Positions 1 to 8,620 of a stretch of 17,344 nucleotides of DNA are shown one piece after another. The position numbers were made by a program, and so were the translations under genes. Positions within the stretch are counted from its first letter, which is position 1, and each line of letters starts with the position of its first letter. Origin of the DNA: Oligoflexus sp. (lineage in GTDB: Bacteria; Bdellovibrionota_B; Oligoflexia; Oligoflexales; Oligoflexaceae); NCBI GenBank assembly GCA_041736305.1, contig JBGSTX010000119.1, forward strand, positions 1-17,344, in the 5' to 3' direction. The notes beneath the pieces are model-generated. The model searched no databases. It had not been told where the DNA came from and saw nothing but the letters and a program-made list of their open reading frames with translations.

Positions 1-1
1 T

Positions 2-121
2 TACCGTCCTTATGTAGCGCTTGCTCGGTATGCGGGTGACTTTGTCGATCCAGAAAATGTCGCCAATAGCGAAGAACGCTCAAAGACGGATCTCATGCTC
101 GGTCTCACAGGTAAGTTCTAA
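2..121 (+). CDS. 3' fragment of a probable outer-membrane beta-barrel protein (porin-like), 5'-truncated by the window edge
   Basis: Frame 2 is open from the edge: YRPYVALARYAGDFVDPENVANSEERSKTDLMLGLTGKF*, TAA at 119-121. The alternating hydrophobic last strand ending in Phe fits a BAM beta-signal. Not in the ORF track. Confidence 0.6.
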   Translation, partial: YRPYVALARYAGDFVDPENVANSEERSKTDLMLGLTGKF

Positions 122-329
122 TCTTTGACTGCCAGGGCTCAGGTTGCTTCTCAGATGCTGCCTGATCCCTGTCTTTCCCTGCCTACGAAACTTCCCGAAA
201 ATCAATCGAACACAAGTGAACTTTTGCTGCCTGCTTATTGACGCTTGCCAGTAGACACGCAATTGCTCTATACGGAATTTTGCGGTAGCCGTGGCGCTCT
301 GCTTATATGTCATAATAAGTGAGAGTGTT

Positions 330-581
330 GTGCATCAAAAATGGCGGCATAGTATTTGGAGCAAGTTGTCGGCGGCAGGTTTCATAAGTCTAGTCGTATT
401 AGGCAATATCTGGTTTATCCTAGGTATGTCTCACCCCCAGGCACCACACTGGCTCCAGCTCACGTTCGTGGTAAATATTTTCTGGCTGCTGGTGAGCGGT
501 TTAGGCTTGGGGTTGCATATCCTCCTGCAATCAATTCGACCCAAAGAGGATCCTGAGCGAGACCATAACGTGCAAGAATGA
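330..581 (+). CDS. Small hypothetical membrane protein (2 predicted TM helices)
   Basis: ORF 291-581; the likely start is GTG at 330 after GAGAG. Two hydrophobic segments (AAGFISLVVLGNIWFILGM; LTFVVNIFWLLVSGLGLGLHILL) and a charged tail. Stop is 13 nt before the helicase start. Confidence 0.55.
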   Translation: MHQKWRHSIWSKLSAAGFISLVVLGNIWFILGMSHPQAPHWLQLTFVVNIFWLLVSGLGLGLHILLQSIRPKEDPERDHNVQE

Positions 582-594
582 GGACTCCCTATCG

Positions 595-2019
595 ATGAGC
601 ATCAGTCTTCGCTACGAGCAGGGAATGCTAGCGCTTGCCGCTCCCCTCGACGTTCGTGATCTTGGGAATGGGCCTAGCGAATGGGCTAAACGTCTCCCTT
701 TCTTCCAACTTGACCCCCGGACAAAAGACTGGGTTGCCCCAGCTTTCCGCTATCGAGATATAGTCGTCAAGGCCGTGGAACAGAAGATACCTCTTCTTGA
801 TCAGGCGCGTGCATATCAAGCTCTAGCACTCAGCCTCAAAGAGGCTATCGTTCCGCGGGAACACCAGGCTGCTGCGCTGAAAGCTTGGCGCGAACAGCAT
901 TCGCGGGGGGTTGTATCTTTGCCAACTGGGGCTGGCAAAACCATACTTGCAGTCTTGGCAATGGTCGCGACTCAGCGCCCGACTCTAGTCGTGGTACCAA
1001 CTATCGATTTACTTTTGCAGTGGCAGACAGTGCTCGGTAGGTACTTTGGAATCCCCATAGGAGCTCTTGGAGGCGGCGTCCGCGATCTCCAGGCCGTAAC
1101 GGTTGCAACCTATGATTCGGCTTACCTTCTTATAGAGACTATAGGTCAGCGCTTCGGACTTTTGATTTTTGATGAGTGCCATCATCTACCTTCGACTCAG
1201 TATCAAATGATTGCTAAGGCGGCAATCGCTCCCTTTCGCTTGGGTCTGTCCGCTACTGTAGAGCGTACCGATGGGCGAGAAGAACTGATCTACGATCTGC
1301 TCGGCGACTTGTGTTACGAAGGTCAGATTCGGGATATGGTTGAGCGTGTGCTTGCTCCATACGATGTAGTGAGCGTTGAGGTGCCCTTAAGCGAAAGAGA
1401 AAAAGCCGCTTATTTGGAAGCGCGCGGTATATATACGCAGTTTTTGCGAAAGCATAGGATAGACTTCTCTTCCCCACAGGGATGGCAGGACTTTATCCGC
1501 AAAGCAGCGACTTTGCCTGGAGGCCGGGAGGCGATGGACGCCTACCGCGAACAAAAGCGGCTGGCCCATGGCGCGGAAGGCAAACTGGATGAGCTTTGGC
1601 GGATCCTGCAGAATCACCGGGGAGACCGCCTTCTTGTTTTTACCCAAGATAATTCGATGGCCTATCAGATCGGTAGGACGCTGTTTCTTCCCGTTCTGAC
1701 TCATCAGACAAGGCCCAAGGAACGGAAGCAAATGCTCCAGGCGTTTCGAGATGGTGATATCGATGTTATGGTGACCTCAAAGGTTCTCAACGAAGGAGTT
1801 GATGTCCCTGAGGCCAGCGTCGGCGTAGTCATATCAGGAAGTGGTACAGTTCGAGAACATGTACAACGATTGGGACGCATACTCAGGCATCAGGAAGGCA
1901 AGCGGGCGGTTCTGTACGAGGTTATCTCCAAGGACACCAGCGAATACTATGTGAACAAACGCCGACGGAACCATCATGCTTACCAAAGACCTGCTCAAGT
2001 ACACCATACGCGCGGATAA
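595..2019 (+). CDS. xpb: XPB/Rad25(Ssl2)-like SF2 DNA helicase
   Basis: Walker A LPTGAGKT, DECHH box, motif III GLSAT, motif V VLNEGVDVP, motif VI QRLGRILR; GAGGA RBS upstream; adjacent to a DUF790 gene. Confidence 0.9.
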   Translation: MSISLRYEQGMLALAAPLDVRDLGNGPSEWAKRLPFFQLDPRTKDWVAPAFRYRDIVVKAVEQKIPLLDQARAYQALALSLKEAIVPREHQAAALKAWREQHSRGVVSLPTGAGKTILAVLAMVATQRPTLVVVPTIDLLLQWQTVLGRYFGIPIGALGGGVRDLQAVTVATYDSAYLLIETIGQRFGLLIFDECHHLPSTQYQMIAKAAIAPFRLGLSATVERTDGREELIYDLLGDLCYEGQIRDMVERVLAPYDVVSVEVPLSEREKAAYLEARGIYTQFLRKHRIDFSSPQGWQDFIRKAATLPGGREAMDAYREQKRLAHGAEGKLDELWRILQNHRGDRLLVFTQDNSMAYQIGRTLFLPVLTHQTRPKERKQMLQAFRDGDIDVMVTSKVLNEGVDVPEASVGVVISGSGTVREHVQRLGRILRHQEGKRAVLYEVISKDTSEYYVNKRRRNHHAYQRPAQVHHTRG

Positions 2020-3199
2020 GATTTTTCCTAAGTATTTGAAGCCCACTGATAGGGCTTTTACCTCACTTGCTAGTGAGCTCGAGGGATTTTACGCACGCAG
2101 CATCGGTCGCCGTTATCGCGAGCTCGGCGAAGACTTGAAGCAGTCGCCGCAGGCTGGAGAGACAGTTTTTCAAGGTTTTTGTAAGCTTCTTGAAGACCGT
2201 TGCACTTTTTCGGGGGTGGATCTTGAGGTAGAGGAGCAACGGTGGAACTGGATGCTTAAGGCACGAGCCCTGCGGCAAGAAACTTATAGCTCATATGCAG
2301 AATTTCAAGGTGCTGTAAGTCAAAGTCTGGGAATATCATTGCTTGAAATTCAAGATCGGCTTTATGGGGATCTTGAAGAAAACAAAGTCATGATCAGCTT
2401 CGAGCCCCTGGGTGGAGAGCGTTTGGTCCATCGTTACAATCTGGCGCAGATTCAAGGCCTGCTCTTGAGAGCAGTTCGGGTCCGTGTGAAAGTTCGTTCG
2501 GCCGACCTTTTGGAACGCCGCCGTCTCTTGCAGAGACTTCGTTTTTGTCATCTGCTGGCCGAATTTAGCGAAGAAGAGAATGAGCTAAGTCTTGAGCTCT
2601 CCGGTCCCCTTGCTCTGTTCGAGCAGACTCAAAGCTATGGAATGCGCTTATGTCGGTTTTTTCCTTATATTGTTCTCTTTGATCAGTGGACGCTTGAAGC
2701 TGATATTCGAATAGGTGAAAAATCTCTTAGTCTATCGCTCGACGATAGCCGCCCGATTCGCAGTCATTATAGAAGTTTTACTGGCCATATTCCGGAGGAA
2801 TTTAAGGAACTTATTAGCGCTTTTAATCAACTGTCTGAGGCAGAGCGCAAGGGATGGACGGTCGAGATTGGGAGCGAATGTTTGAACCTGGGTCAGCAGA
2901 ACTACTGCGTTCCGGACATGAGCTTTAGGCATCCAGCTGGTGCGGTACGGCATTTAGAGATATTTCATCGTTGGCACAAAGCCGAACTTTTAAGGCGTCT
3001 CGAAGGTTTAGGATTAGAACAAAATGAAAATTTCTTTTTTGGCGTATCAAAGGATATTAGTAAAGACAGTGACTTAGAAGCAAGACTTGCAAAGTTTCAG
3101 GAAAGGGACATAAGTATTTTTACCTTTAGGCAGTTCCCTAGCCTAAAGGCAATATTGACCTACCTGGCAAAGGTGAAAGTTCCGATTGCAGTGCTATAA
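1976..3199 (+). CDS. bax1: DUF790 family / Bax1-like endonuclease (XPB partner)
   Basis: N-terminus MLTKDLL..IFPKYL, LYGDL, RYNLAQIQGLL, LSGP.ALF..T.SYG, and C-terminal VPDMSF...LEI...W match DUF790/Bax1 motifs as recalled. Overlaps the helicase gene by 44 nt. Confidence 0.85.
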   Translation: MLTKDLLKYTIRADKIFPKYLKPTDRAFTSLASELEGFYARSIGRRYRELGEDLKQSPQAGETVFQGFCKLLEDRCTFSGVDLEVEEQRWNWMLKARALRQETYSSYAEFQGAVSQSLGISLLEIQDRLYGDLEENKVMISFEPLGGERLVHRYNLAQIQGLLLRAVRVRVKVRSADLLERRRLLQRLRFCHLLAEFSEEENELSLELSGPLALFEQTQSYGMRLCRFFPYIVLFDQWTLEADIRIGEKSLSLSLDDSRPIRSHYRSFTGHIPEEFKELISAFNQLSEAERKGWTVEIGSECLNLGQQNYCVPDMSFRHPAGAVRHLEIFHRWHKAELLRRLEGLGLEQNENFFFGVSKDISKDSDLEARLAKFQERDISIFTFRQFPSLKAILTYLAKVKVPIAVL

Positions 3200-3200
3200 T
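3192..3200 (+). promoter_or_regulatory. Extended -10 promoter element (TGnTATAAT) for the DHH gene
   Basis: TGCTATAAT at 3192-3200, overlapping the bax1 stop codon; a weak -35-like GTGAAA lies at 3173-3178. Confidence 0.55.
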
Positions 3201-3265
3201 AAGGTAAAGACTCAACCCTGTCTGAGCTTGCAGACAGTGCTTTTTCTAGCCTTTCACAAGCGTAA

Positions 3266-4495
3266 ATGGAAGGAGTAAGGCCTTTGACAAGCATGGACAA
3301 TACCCGCATTAAAGAAAAAGAGGCTGAGCTCATCAGCCTCAAGAAAAAAGTCAAAGCGCAGAAAGAGATGAGCACAAGTACCGACGCTGACTTGCTAGAG
3401 GCAGATTTGAGCCCAGAGCCCGTGAAATCCGAGAAGAAAAGTAAGACTGAAGAGCTCATTGATATTTTAGAAAAAGCTAGGGGCAAGCGCTTGCTTGTCA
3501 CGATAAAAGGTTATCCCGATCCGGATAACATAGCAACTTCGCTTGCTCTCAGTTACATGGCAGCACAGTTCGATATTCAATCAACTATTCTTCATTTCGA
3601 GCAAATTTCTCATCACGAAAATCGAGCATTGGTGAAGAAGCTCGATCTCGACATCGAAGAATACTCGGACCAGTTCGATTATTCGAGCTACGACTACTAT
3701 GCTGTCAATGATTCGCAGAATACAGAGTTGCCGATCAAGTTACCCGAAACCTGTGAGCTCTTGGTCTTCGTCGACCATCATAGGAAGCTCGGGACGATTA
3801 AGGCCCATTTTCTAGATATTCGGGAAAACGTTGGCTCGACTTCAGCTATCTATGGCGAGTATCTGCAGAATCCCCGCTTCAATTTCACCGGCGATAGCTT
3901 AGAAGAAGCGAAGATTGCAACAGCCCTCATGCACGGCGTGAGAACCGACACAGATAATTTCGTTAATGCTACTCCTCTCGACTATAAAGGGAGTGAGTTT
4001 TTGTCTCGCTATGTGGATAAGGACCTGCTGGCGCTTATTTCGCGCCAGTCTATTCCCGCGAAGACAATGGATCTCACTCAGATTGCCCTGCAGCGGAAAG
4101 ATATTCGGGGTACATTCATGTTTTCCGGTGTCGGCTATGTGCGAGAAGAGGATCGCGACGGGATTGGCCAGTGCGCCGACTATCTTCTCAATCGCGAAGG
4201 TATCGATACCGTGGTCGTCTACGGGGTTGTAGGGGGTGAATTTGTTGATGGTTCACTCCGCACTAAATCTCATACTTTAGATCCTGATAAGTGGATCAAA
4301 GACGTTTTCGGTCAGGATCAGCATGGGGTGTATTACGGCGGTGGTCGTAAAGATAAGGGTGGCTTCCAGATTCCGCTTGGGGTCTTCGGTAAGTGCTCTG
4401 ATAAAGAACTACTTTGGATCCTTATCAAGAAAACCATCGATGAACTCTTTTATAACAAGATCGGGATCGACGACAGCGAATCCAACAACGATTGA
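3266..4495 (+). CDS. DHH/DHHA1 family phosphoesterase (NrnA/exopolyphosphatase-related)
   Basis: Motifs PDPD, VND, VDHH, DTDNF, GSLRT and GGGR. Alternative start TTG at 3284 lies 8 nt after AAGGAG. Confidence 0.85.
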   Translation: MEGVRPLTSMDNTRIKEKEAELISLKKKVKAQKEMSTSTDADLLEADLSPEPVKSEKKSKTEELIDILEKARGKRLLVTIKGYPDPDNIATSLALSYMAAQFDIQSTILHFEQISHHENRALVKKLDLDIEEYSDQFDYSSYDYYAVNDSQNTELPIKLPETCELLVFVDHHRKLGTIKAHFLDIRENVGSTSAIYGEYLQNPRFNFTGDSLEEAKIATALMHGVRTDTDNFVNATPLDYKGSEFLSRYVDKDLLALISRQSIPAKTMDLTQIALQRKDIRGTFMFSGVGYVREEDRDGIGQCADYLLNREGIDTVVVYGVVGGEFVDGSLRTKSHTLDPDKWIKDVFGQDQHGVYYGGGRKDKGGFQIPLGVFGKCSDKELLWILIKKTIDELFYNKIGIDDSESNND

Positions 4496-4511
4496 GATAC
4501 TTTACTCATGC

Positions 4512-4538
4512 AAAAACCTCCTTCTGGAGGTTTTTTTT
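4512..4538. terminator. Bidirectional intrinsic terminator between the DHH gene and cutA
   Basis: AAAAA-CCTCC-TTCT-GGAGG-TTTTTTTT between convergent genes. Confidence 0.85.
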
Positions 4539-4561
4539 ATTTGGGGCCGTGTGCGGCGCTA

Positions 4562-5005
4562 TTAATCCCAGGGAGGAAGACCATCATCTTCGCCCTCGTT
4601 ACCAGGGTTTTCCTGCAAAGGCATAGCTGTCTTTGCTTTTGGAGCTATCGGCCCTACAGCAGGGACGACCTTGACCTGCGTCGCAAGCCAAGCAGAGTAT
4701 TCAGGGTTGATAGAGCGGGGTTCTAGTTCCAAAAAACAAGGGCAGTCATAGCTGTGGAGTTCCTTTAGTCGCTTCAATAGTCCAGATCTGGCCTGAGGAA
4801 TCGTCTTTAAGATAAGTACGGATTCCTGAGTATTTTTAATTTCACCTTCCCACCTGTATATAGACTTCGCTTCGGGAATTATCTGAGCACAAGCGATAAG
4901 GTTCTCTTCCAGAAGTTGCCTGGCCAAGTTTTCAGCTATAGTTTCAGTAGCACAAGGGACATAAAAGACAGCAATTGCCGGTCGCGATGCAGGTTGGGGG
5001 CTCAA
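4562..5005 (-). CDS. cutA: Divalent-cation tolerance protein CutA with C-terminal extension
   Basis: A..LA..LLEENLIACAQI, SIYRWEGEI, LILKT, LHSYDCP, Y..WL; TTG start preceded by GAGGAGG. Confidence 0.88.
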   Translation of the reverse strand: MSPQPASRPAIAVFYVPCATETIAENLARQLLEENLIACAQIIPEAKSIYRWEGEIKNTQESVLILKTIPQARSGLLKRLKELHSYDCPCFLELEPRSINPEYSAWLATQVKVVPAVGPIAPKAKTAMPLQENPGNEGEDDGLPPWD

Positions 5006-5158
5006 GCTTCCTCCTCTGGCGTTTGGTCTGACTCAATTGCTCGATCATGAGGCTCGGCGGAAACTTATCCGCACTTTCTAGCTAAAAGCCCTTTTTTTTC
5101 ATGGTGACTCTGGGCTAATTTCGAGGCAACGACCCACGAATAGCTTAAGGAGTAGGTT

Positions 5159-6793
5159 GTGTCAAAAGCAAAGCGGAGAGTCCTGGTTGTCGTCATGGAT
5201 GGGGTCGGTGTGCGCTCTAGTAACTACGGGAATGCGGTAAAGCTCGCTTACACTCCTTATATGCACTTTCTTGAGAAAAAAGGACTGTACCGAACCCTCA
5301 AGGCTCACGGGACTTATGTGGGCCTGCCTAGCAATGCCGACATTGGCAATAGCGAAGTCGGACATAACGCGATGGGAGCCGGACGTATATTCGATCAGGG
5401 AGCCAAATTGGTACAAGAGGCTATTGATTCAGGGAGGCTCTTCGAAGGCCAGAGCTGGCAGGAACTCATATCAAACGTAGTCCAGAAGAAATCCACCTTG
5501 CACTTTTTAGGGCTCCTCTCGGACGGCAATGTCCATGCGCACGAGCAGCATCTCTATGCCATGATGAGAAGGGCAAAGCGAGAAGGGGTGTCGAAGGTTC
5601 GACTCCATCTTTTATTTGACGGGCGCGATGTTGGGGAAAAGACGGCGGAAGTTTACCTGGCTCGTCTTCAGGCAGTGATAGACGAGTTGCAGGGCCCAGC
5701 TTTCGACGTGAAAGTAGCGTCGGGTGGGGGCCGGATGAGTATAACGATGGATCGTTATGAAGCCGATTGGAGCATGGTCCAGCGGGGCTGGGAGACTCAT
5801 GTGTTAGGCGAGGCCCCTAAGACTTTCAGCTCCGCGCACGAAGCTATAGACTCTCTTCGCTTGATGGATAGCAAGGTCACCGATCAGTATTTGCCTCCTT
5901 TCGTAGTTACAGACCACGGTATGCCAGTGGGCCCTGTTCTTGATGGCGATAGCGTCATACTTTTTAATTTCCGTGGCGACCGGGCCATCGAAATCGCGCG
6001 AGCCTTTTCAGAACCGACTTTTGCGGCCTTTCCTCGGCGACGATTTCCTGCCGTGAAGTTTGCCGGAATGATGGAATACGATGGCGATCTTCATATCCCC
6101 CCTCTTTTTTTGGTGACCCCTCCACAGATTGATAAGACCCTGACCGAATATCTGGTCAACGCGGGCGTTCGACAGTTTGCTTGCTCAGAGACGCAAAAGT
6201 TTGGGCACGTAACATATTTTTGGAATGGTAACCGCTCAGGAAAGTTCGACGAAACGCTCGAAGATTACGTAGAAATCCCCTCCGACAACATTCAGTTTGA
6301 TCTCAAACCCTGGATGAAAGCCGCAGAGATTACGCAGTGCACAATCGATCATATGCAAGCTAAGGATTTCAACTTCGGCCGCATCAATTATCCTAACGGT
6401 GACATGGTTGGACATACAGGTAATCTCAGTGCCTGCATAGTTGCAGTGTCCACAGTCGATCTTTGTTTAGGACGACTCATCGAAGCCGCTCGTGAGACAG
6501 ATACCGTGTTGATGGTGACAGCTGATCATGGCAATGCTGATGAGATGTTTGACACAAATAAAGAAGGCCCGGCTGATTGGTTGGACCTTTCTCCTGAGAG
6601 TTGGCCGAAGCCGCGTACTGCGCATACGGTCAGTGAGGTTCCTTTCTATTTTTTCGATCCTCGAGGGCCTGGTGCCTATCGTCTCGCTGATATTCCTGAG
6701 GCAGGTATAGCAAATATAGCGGCGACGGTTCTGACGGTTATGGGTTTGCCGCCTTGTCCGGATTATCTTCCGAGCTTACTGGAGCCGTTATGA
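5159..6793 (+). CDS. gpmI: 2,3-bisphosphoglycerate-independent phosphoglycerate mutase
   Basis: VMDGVG, GNSEVGH (catalytic Ser), DGRD, MDRY, FNFRGDR, SETQKFGHVTYFWNG, NGDMVGHTG, TADHGNA; AAGGAG RBS before the GTG. Confidence 0.95.
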   Translation: MSKAKRRVLVVVMDGVGVRSSNYGNAVKLAYTPYMHFLEKKGLYRTLKAHGTYVGLPSNADIGNSEVGHNAMGAGRIFDQGAKLVQEAIDSGRLFEGQSWQELISNVVQKKSTLHFLGLLSDGNVHAHEQHLYAMMRRAKREGVSKVRLHLLFDGRDVGEKTAEVYLARLQAVIDELQGPAFDVKVASGGGRMSITMDRYEADWSMVQRGWETHVLGEAPKTFSSAHEAIDSLRLMDSKVTDQYLPPFVVTDHGMPVGPVLDGDSVILFNFRGDRAIEIARAFSEPTFAAFPRRRFPAVKFAGMMEYDGDLHIPPLFLVTPPQIDKTLTEYLVNAGVRQFACSETQKFGHVTYFWNGNRSGKFDETLEDYVEIPSDNIQFDLKPWMKAAEITQCTIDHMQAKDFNFGRINYPNGDMVGHTGNLSACIVAVSTVDLCLGRLIEAARETDTVLMVTADHGNADEMFDTNKEGPADWLDLSPESWPKPRTAHTVSEVPFYFFDPRGPGAYRLADIPEAGIANIAATVLTVMGLPPCPDYLPSLLEPL

Positions 6794-7647
6794 ATGAGGA
6801 GGATTGGCTAGCTGAACTCGATCAGCGAGCAGAAGCTGCAGGGGCCTTGTTCGGAGGATTTGTAAAAACCATCGCAGCATTGCGTCATCCTCAGAGCGGC
6901 TGCCCATGGGACCTAGAACAGGACCATAAAACGCTGCGGCGCTTTATGTTGGAAGAAGCCTATGAAGCAGCCGAAGCTATGTTGGGCGACGACGAACAGC
7001 ACCTTCTAGAGGAGTTGGGCGATGTACTCTTGCAAGTAGTTCTGAATGCCCAACTCACCAGTGATCGTGGTGTAGGAGATATTCGTGCTGTCATCACCGG
7101 GATTGAAGAGAAGATGCGGCGGCGGCATCCCCATGTATTCGGTCTAGATAAAGGAGGGAATCAAAGTCAGAGCCGGCTACAGCCTGTGGAAGTAAAAGTC
7201 TCGTGGGAAGCAATCAAGAAAGCTGAGCGTCGGGAAAGTGATGCTGGGATCGAAACCTTTGCGAGCGAAGAAAAAATAATCCCCGCCCTGACGCAAGCTT
7301 ATAAAATCGGCAAAAAAGCGAAAAAAATTGATTTCGATTGGAAAGATTCGCTGGAAGTCCTGGGTCAGCTCCGTTCGGAACTCGGTGAGCTGGAAGCTGA
7401 GCTGAGAGCTGCAAAACCTGACCGAATGGCGATCGAGCAAGAGCTTGGAGATGTATTTTTTACTCTAGCCCAATTGGCGAGGCATCTGGACTTTGAGCCA
7501 GAAGCTGCCGCACAAGCCGGAAATGTGAAATTCCTCAAGCGGTTTAAAGTTGTCGAGGCTATGGCGAAAGAAGGAATGAAGTCAGTTGAAGAGCTAACGC
7601 AAAGCCAGCTCGAAGACTTATGGAAGAAAGCGAAAAAAAAGAAATAA
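6790..7647 (+). CDS. mazG: Nucleoside triphosphate pyrophosphohydrolase MazG
   Basis: GCPWD, EEAYE, EELGDVLLQ, RRHPHVFG and a second-domain ELGD. ATG at 6790 overlaps the gpmI stop (ATGA) with GGAG upstream, preferred over the track start at 6754. Confidence 0.93.
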   Translation: MNEEDWLAELDQRAEAAGALFGGFVKTIAALRHPQSGCPWDLEQDHKTLRRFMLEEAYEAAEAMLGDDEQHLLEELGDVLLQVVLNAQLTSDRGVGDIRAVITGIEEKMRRRHPHVFGLDKGGNQSQSRLQPVEVKVSWEAIKKAERRESDAGIETFASEEKIIPALTQAYKIGKKAKKIDFDWKDSLEVLGQLRSELGELEAELRAAKPDRMAIEQELGDVFFTLAQLARHLDFEPEAAAQAGNVKFLKRFKVVEAMAKEGMKSVEELTQSQLEDLWKKAKKKK

Positions 7648-7670
7648 AAAAAGCCCAGCAAGAGCAGGGC
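7646..7670 (-). terminator. Intrinsic terminator downstream of rpsT
   Basis: Minus strand GCCCTGC-TCTT-GCTGGGC followed by TTTTTTT. Confidence 0.65.
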
Positions 7671-7692
7671 AATTCAGGCAAAACTCTCGAAC

Positions 7693-7959
7693 TCAGGCAG
7701 TTTTGGTTTTTACTAGAGCAACCAAACGAGCTACCTTGCGAGAGGCGTTGTTGCGGTGGATGAGACCACGCGACGCTGCTTTGTGCAGTAGAGATTGAGC
7801 TTCGGCCAGGAGAGTATTGGCTTCAGCGGTCTGACCTTTTTCTACAGCCAAGCGGAACCTTTTCACAGCAGTCCTAACTGAAGAGATATAAGACTGATTG
7901 CGAGTGCGCTTTTTGGCGTTAGTCAGGATGCGTTTTTTAGCCGATTTATGTTGTGCCAC
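7693..7959 (-). CDS. rpsT: 30S ribosomal protein S20
   Basis: MAQHKSAKKRI...RN...S.VRTAVK...GLIHRNNASRK; GTG start after AGAGGA. Confidence 0.96.
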   Translation of the reverse strand: MAQHKSAKKRILTNAKKRTRNQSYISSVRTAVKRFRLAVEKGQTAEANTLLAEAQSLLHKAASRGLIHRNNASRKVARLVALVKTKTA

Positions 7960-8022
7960 TTTTCGTTCCTCTTATGCTTCTTCTGTCTCTGATCTCTATC
8001 AGCAGTTTCAGTGAGACCCTGT

Positions 8023-8051
8023 CTGATAACAGCCTGAGTCAGGCTCGTCAA
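8023..8051 (-). promoter_or_regulatory. Putative sigma70 promoter of rpsT with a palindromic spacer
   Basis: Minus strand TTGACG-17 nt-TATCAG with TG extension; the spacer contains AGCCTGA-C-TCAGGCT. Confidence 0.45.
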
Positions 8052-8074
8052 GTAATTTCAATGAGGTCTATGCC

Positions 8075-8551
8075 TTATAGGCTTGATTTGGAGAGGGTTT
8101 CTGTCCAGAGACCTTGCTTAGCAAGCAAGGCAGCCTGACGTGCAGCCTCATCAACTCTTTCATTTTCAGGGTGCCCAGCGTGGCCCTTTACCCAGGTCCA
8201 TTTTAGCCGGTGCCGACGAGTCTGCTCTTCGAGTTCTAGCCAGAGGTCCTGGTTTTTTACCTCTTTGTTGGCAGCGGTCTTCCAACCATTAGCATGCCAA
8301 TTTTTCAGCCAATTCTTTTCGAAGGCATCCATTACGTAACGACTGTCGACCACAAGCTCGACGTCACAGCTTTCTTTCAGATACGCCAATCCACGTATCA
8401 CAGCCATGAGTTCCATGCGATTGTTGGTGGTGAGCTTCTCGCTGCCAGAAAGCATCTTCTCATGCTCTCGATAGCGCAAAAGTGCAGCCCATCCGCCTGG
8501 CCCAGGGTTGTCGAGACACGCACCATCGGTGATCAACATGACTTTTTTCAT
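8075..8551 (-). CDS. rnhA: Ribonuclease HI
   Basis: TDGAC.DNPGPGGW, TTNNRMEL, DSRYV, NGWKT, VKNQDLW, WVKGHAGHPENERVD; likely start ATG at 8551 (MKKVMLITDG). Confidence 0.96.
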   Translation of the reverse strand: MKKVMLITDGACLDNPGPGGWAALLRYREHEKMLSGSEKLTTNNRMELMAVIRGLAYLKESCDVELVVDSRYVMDAFEKNWLKNWHANGWKTAANKEVKNQDLWLELEEQTRRHRLKWTWVKGHAGHPENERVDEAARQAALLAKQGLWTETLSKSSL

Positions 8552-8562
8552 CGAAAGCCCTG

Positions 8563-8597
8563 CAAAAAGCAAAAGCGCCCTACGGCGAGAGCGCTTT
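8563..8597 (-). terminator. Intrinsic terminator ending the rpsR-rpmB-smORF operon
   Basis: Minus strand AAAGCGCTCT-CGCCGT-AGGGCGCTTT followed by TGCTTTTT. Confidence 0.65.
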
Positions 8598-8620
8598 GCG
8601 GTCGAGGCGAAGCCTCTCTT

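Noticed and set aside
6790-7647. MazG as part of a toxin-antitoxin or anti-phage system
   Set aside because: Canonical two-domain housekeeping MazG coupled to gpmI; no mazEF or defence genes adjacent.
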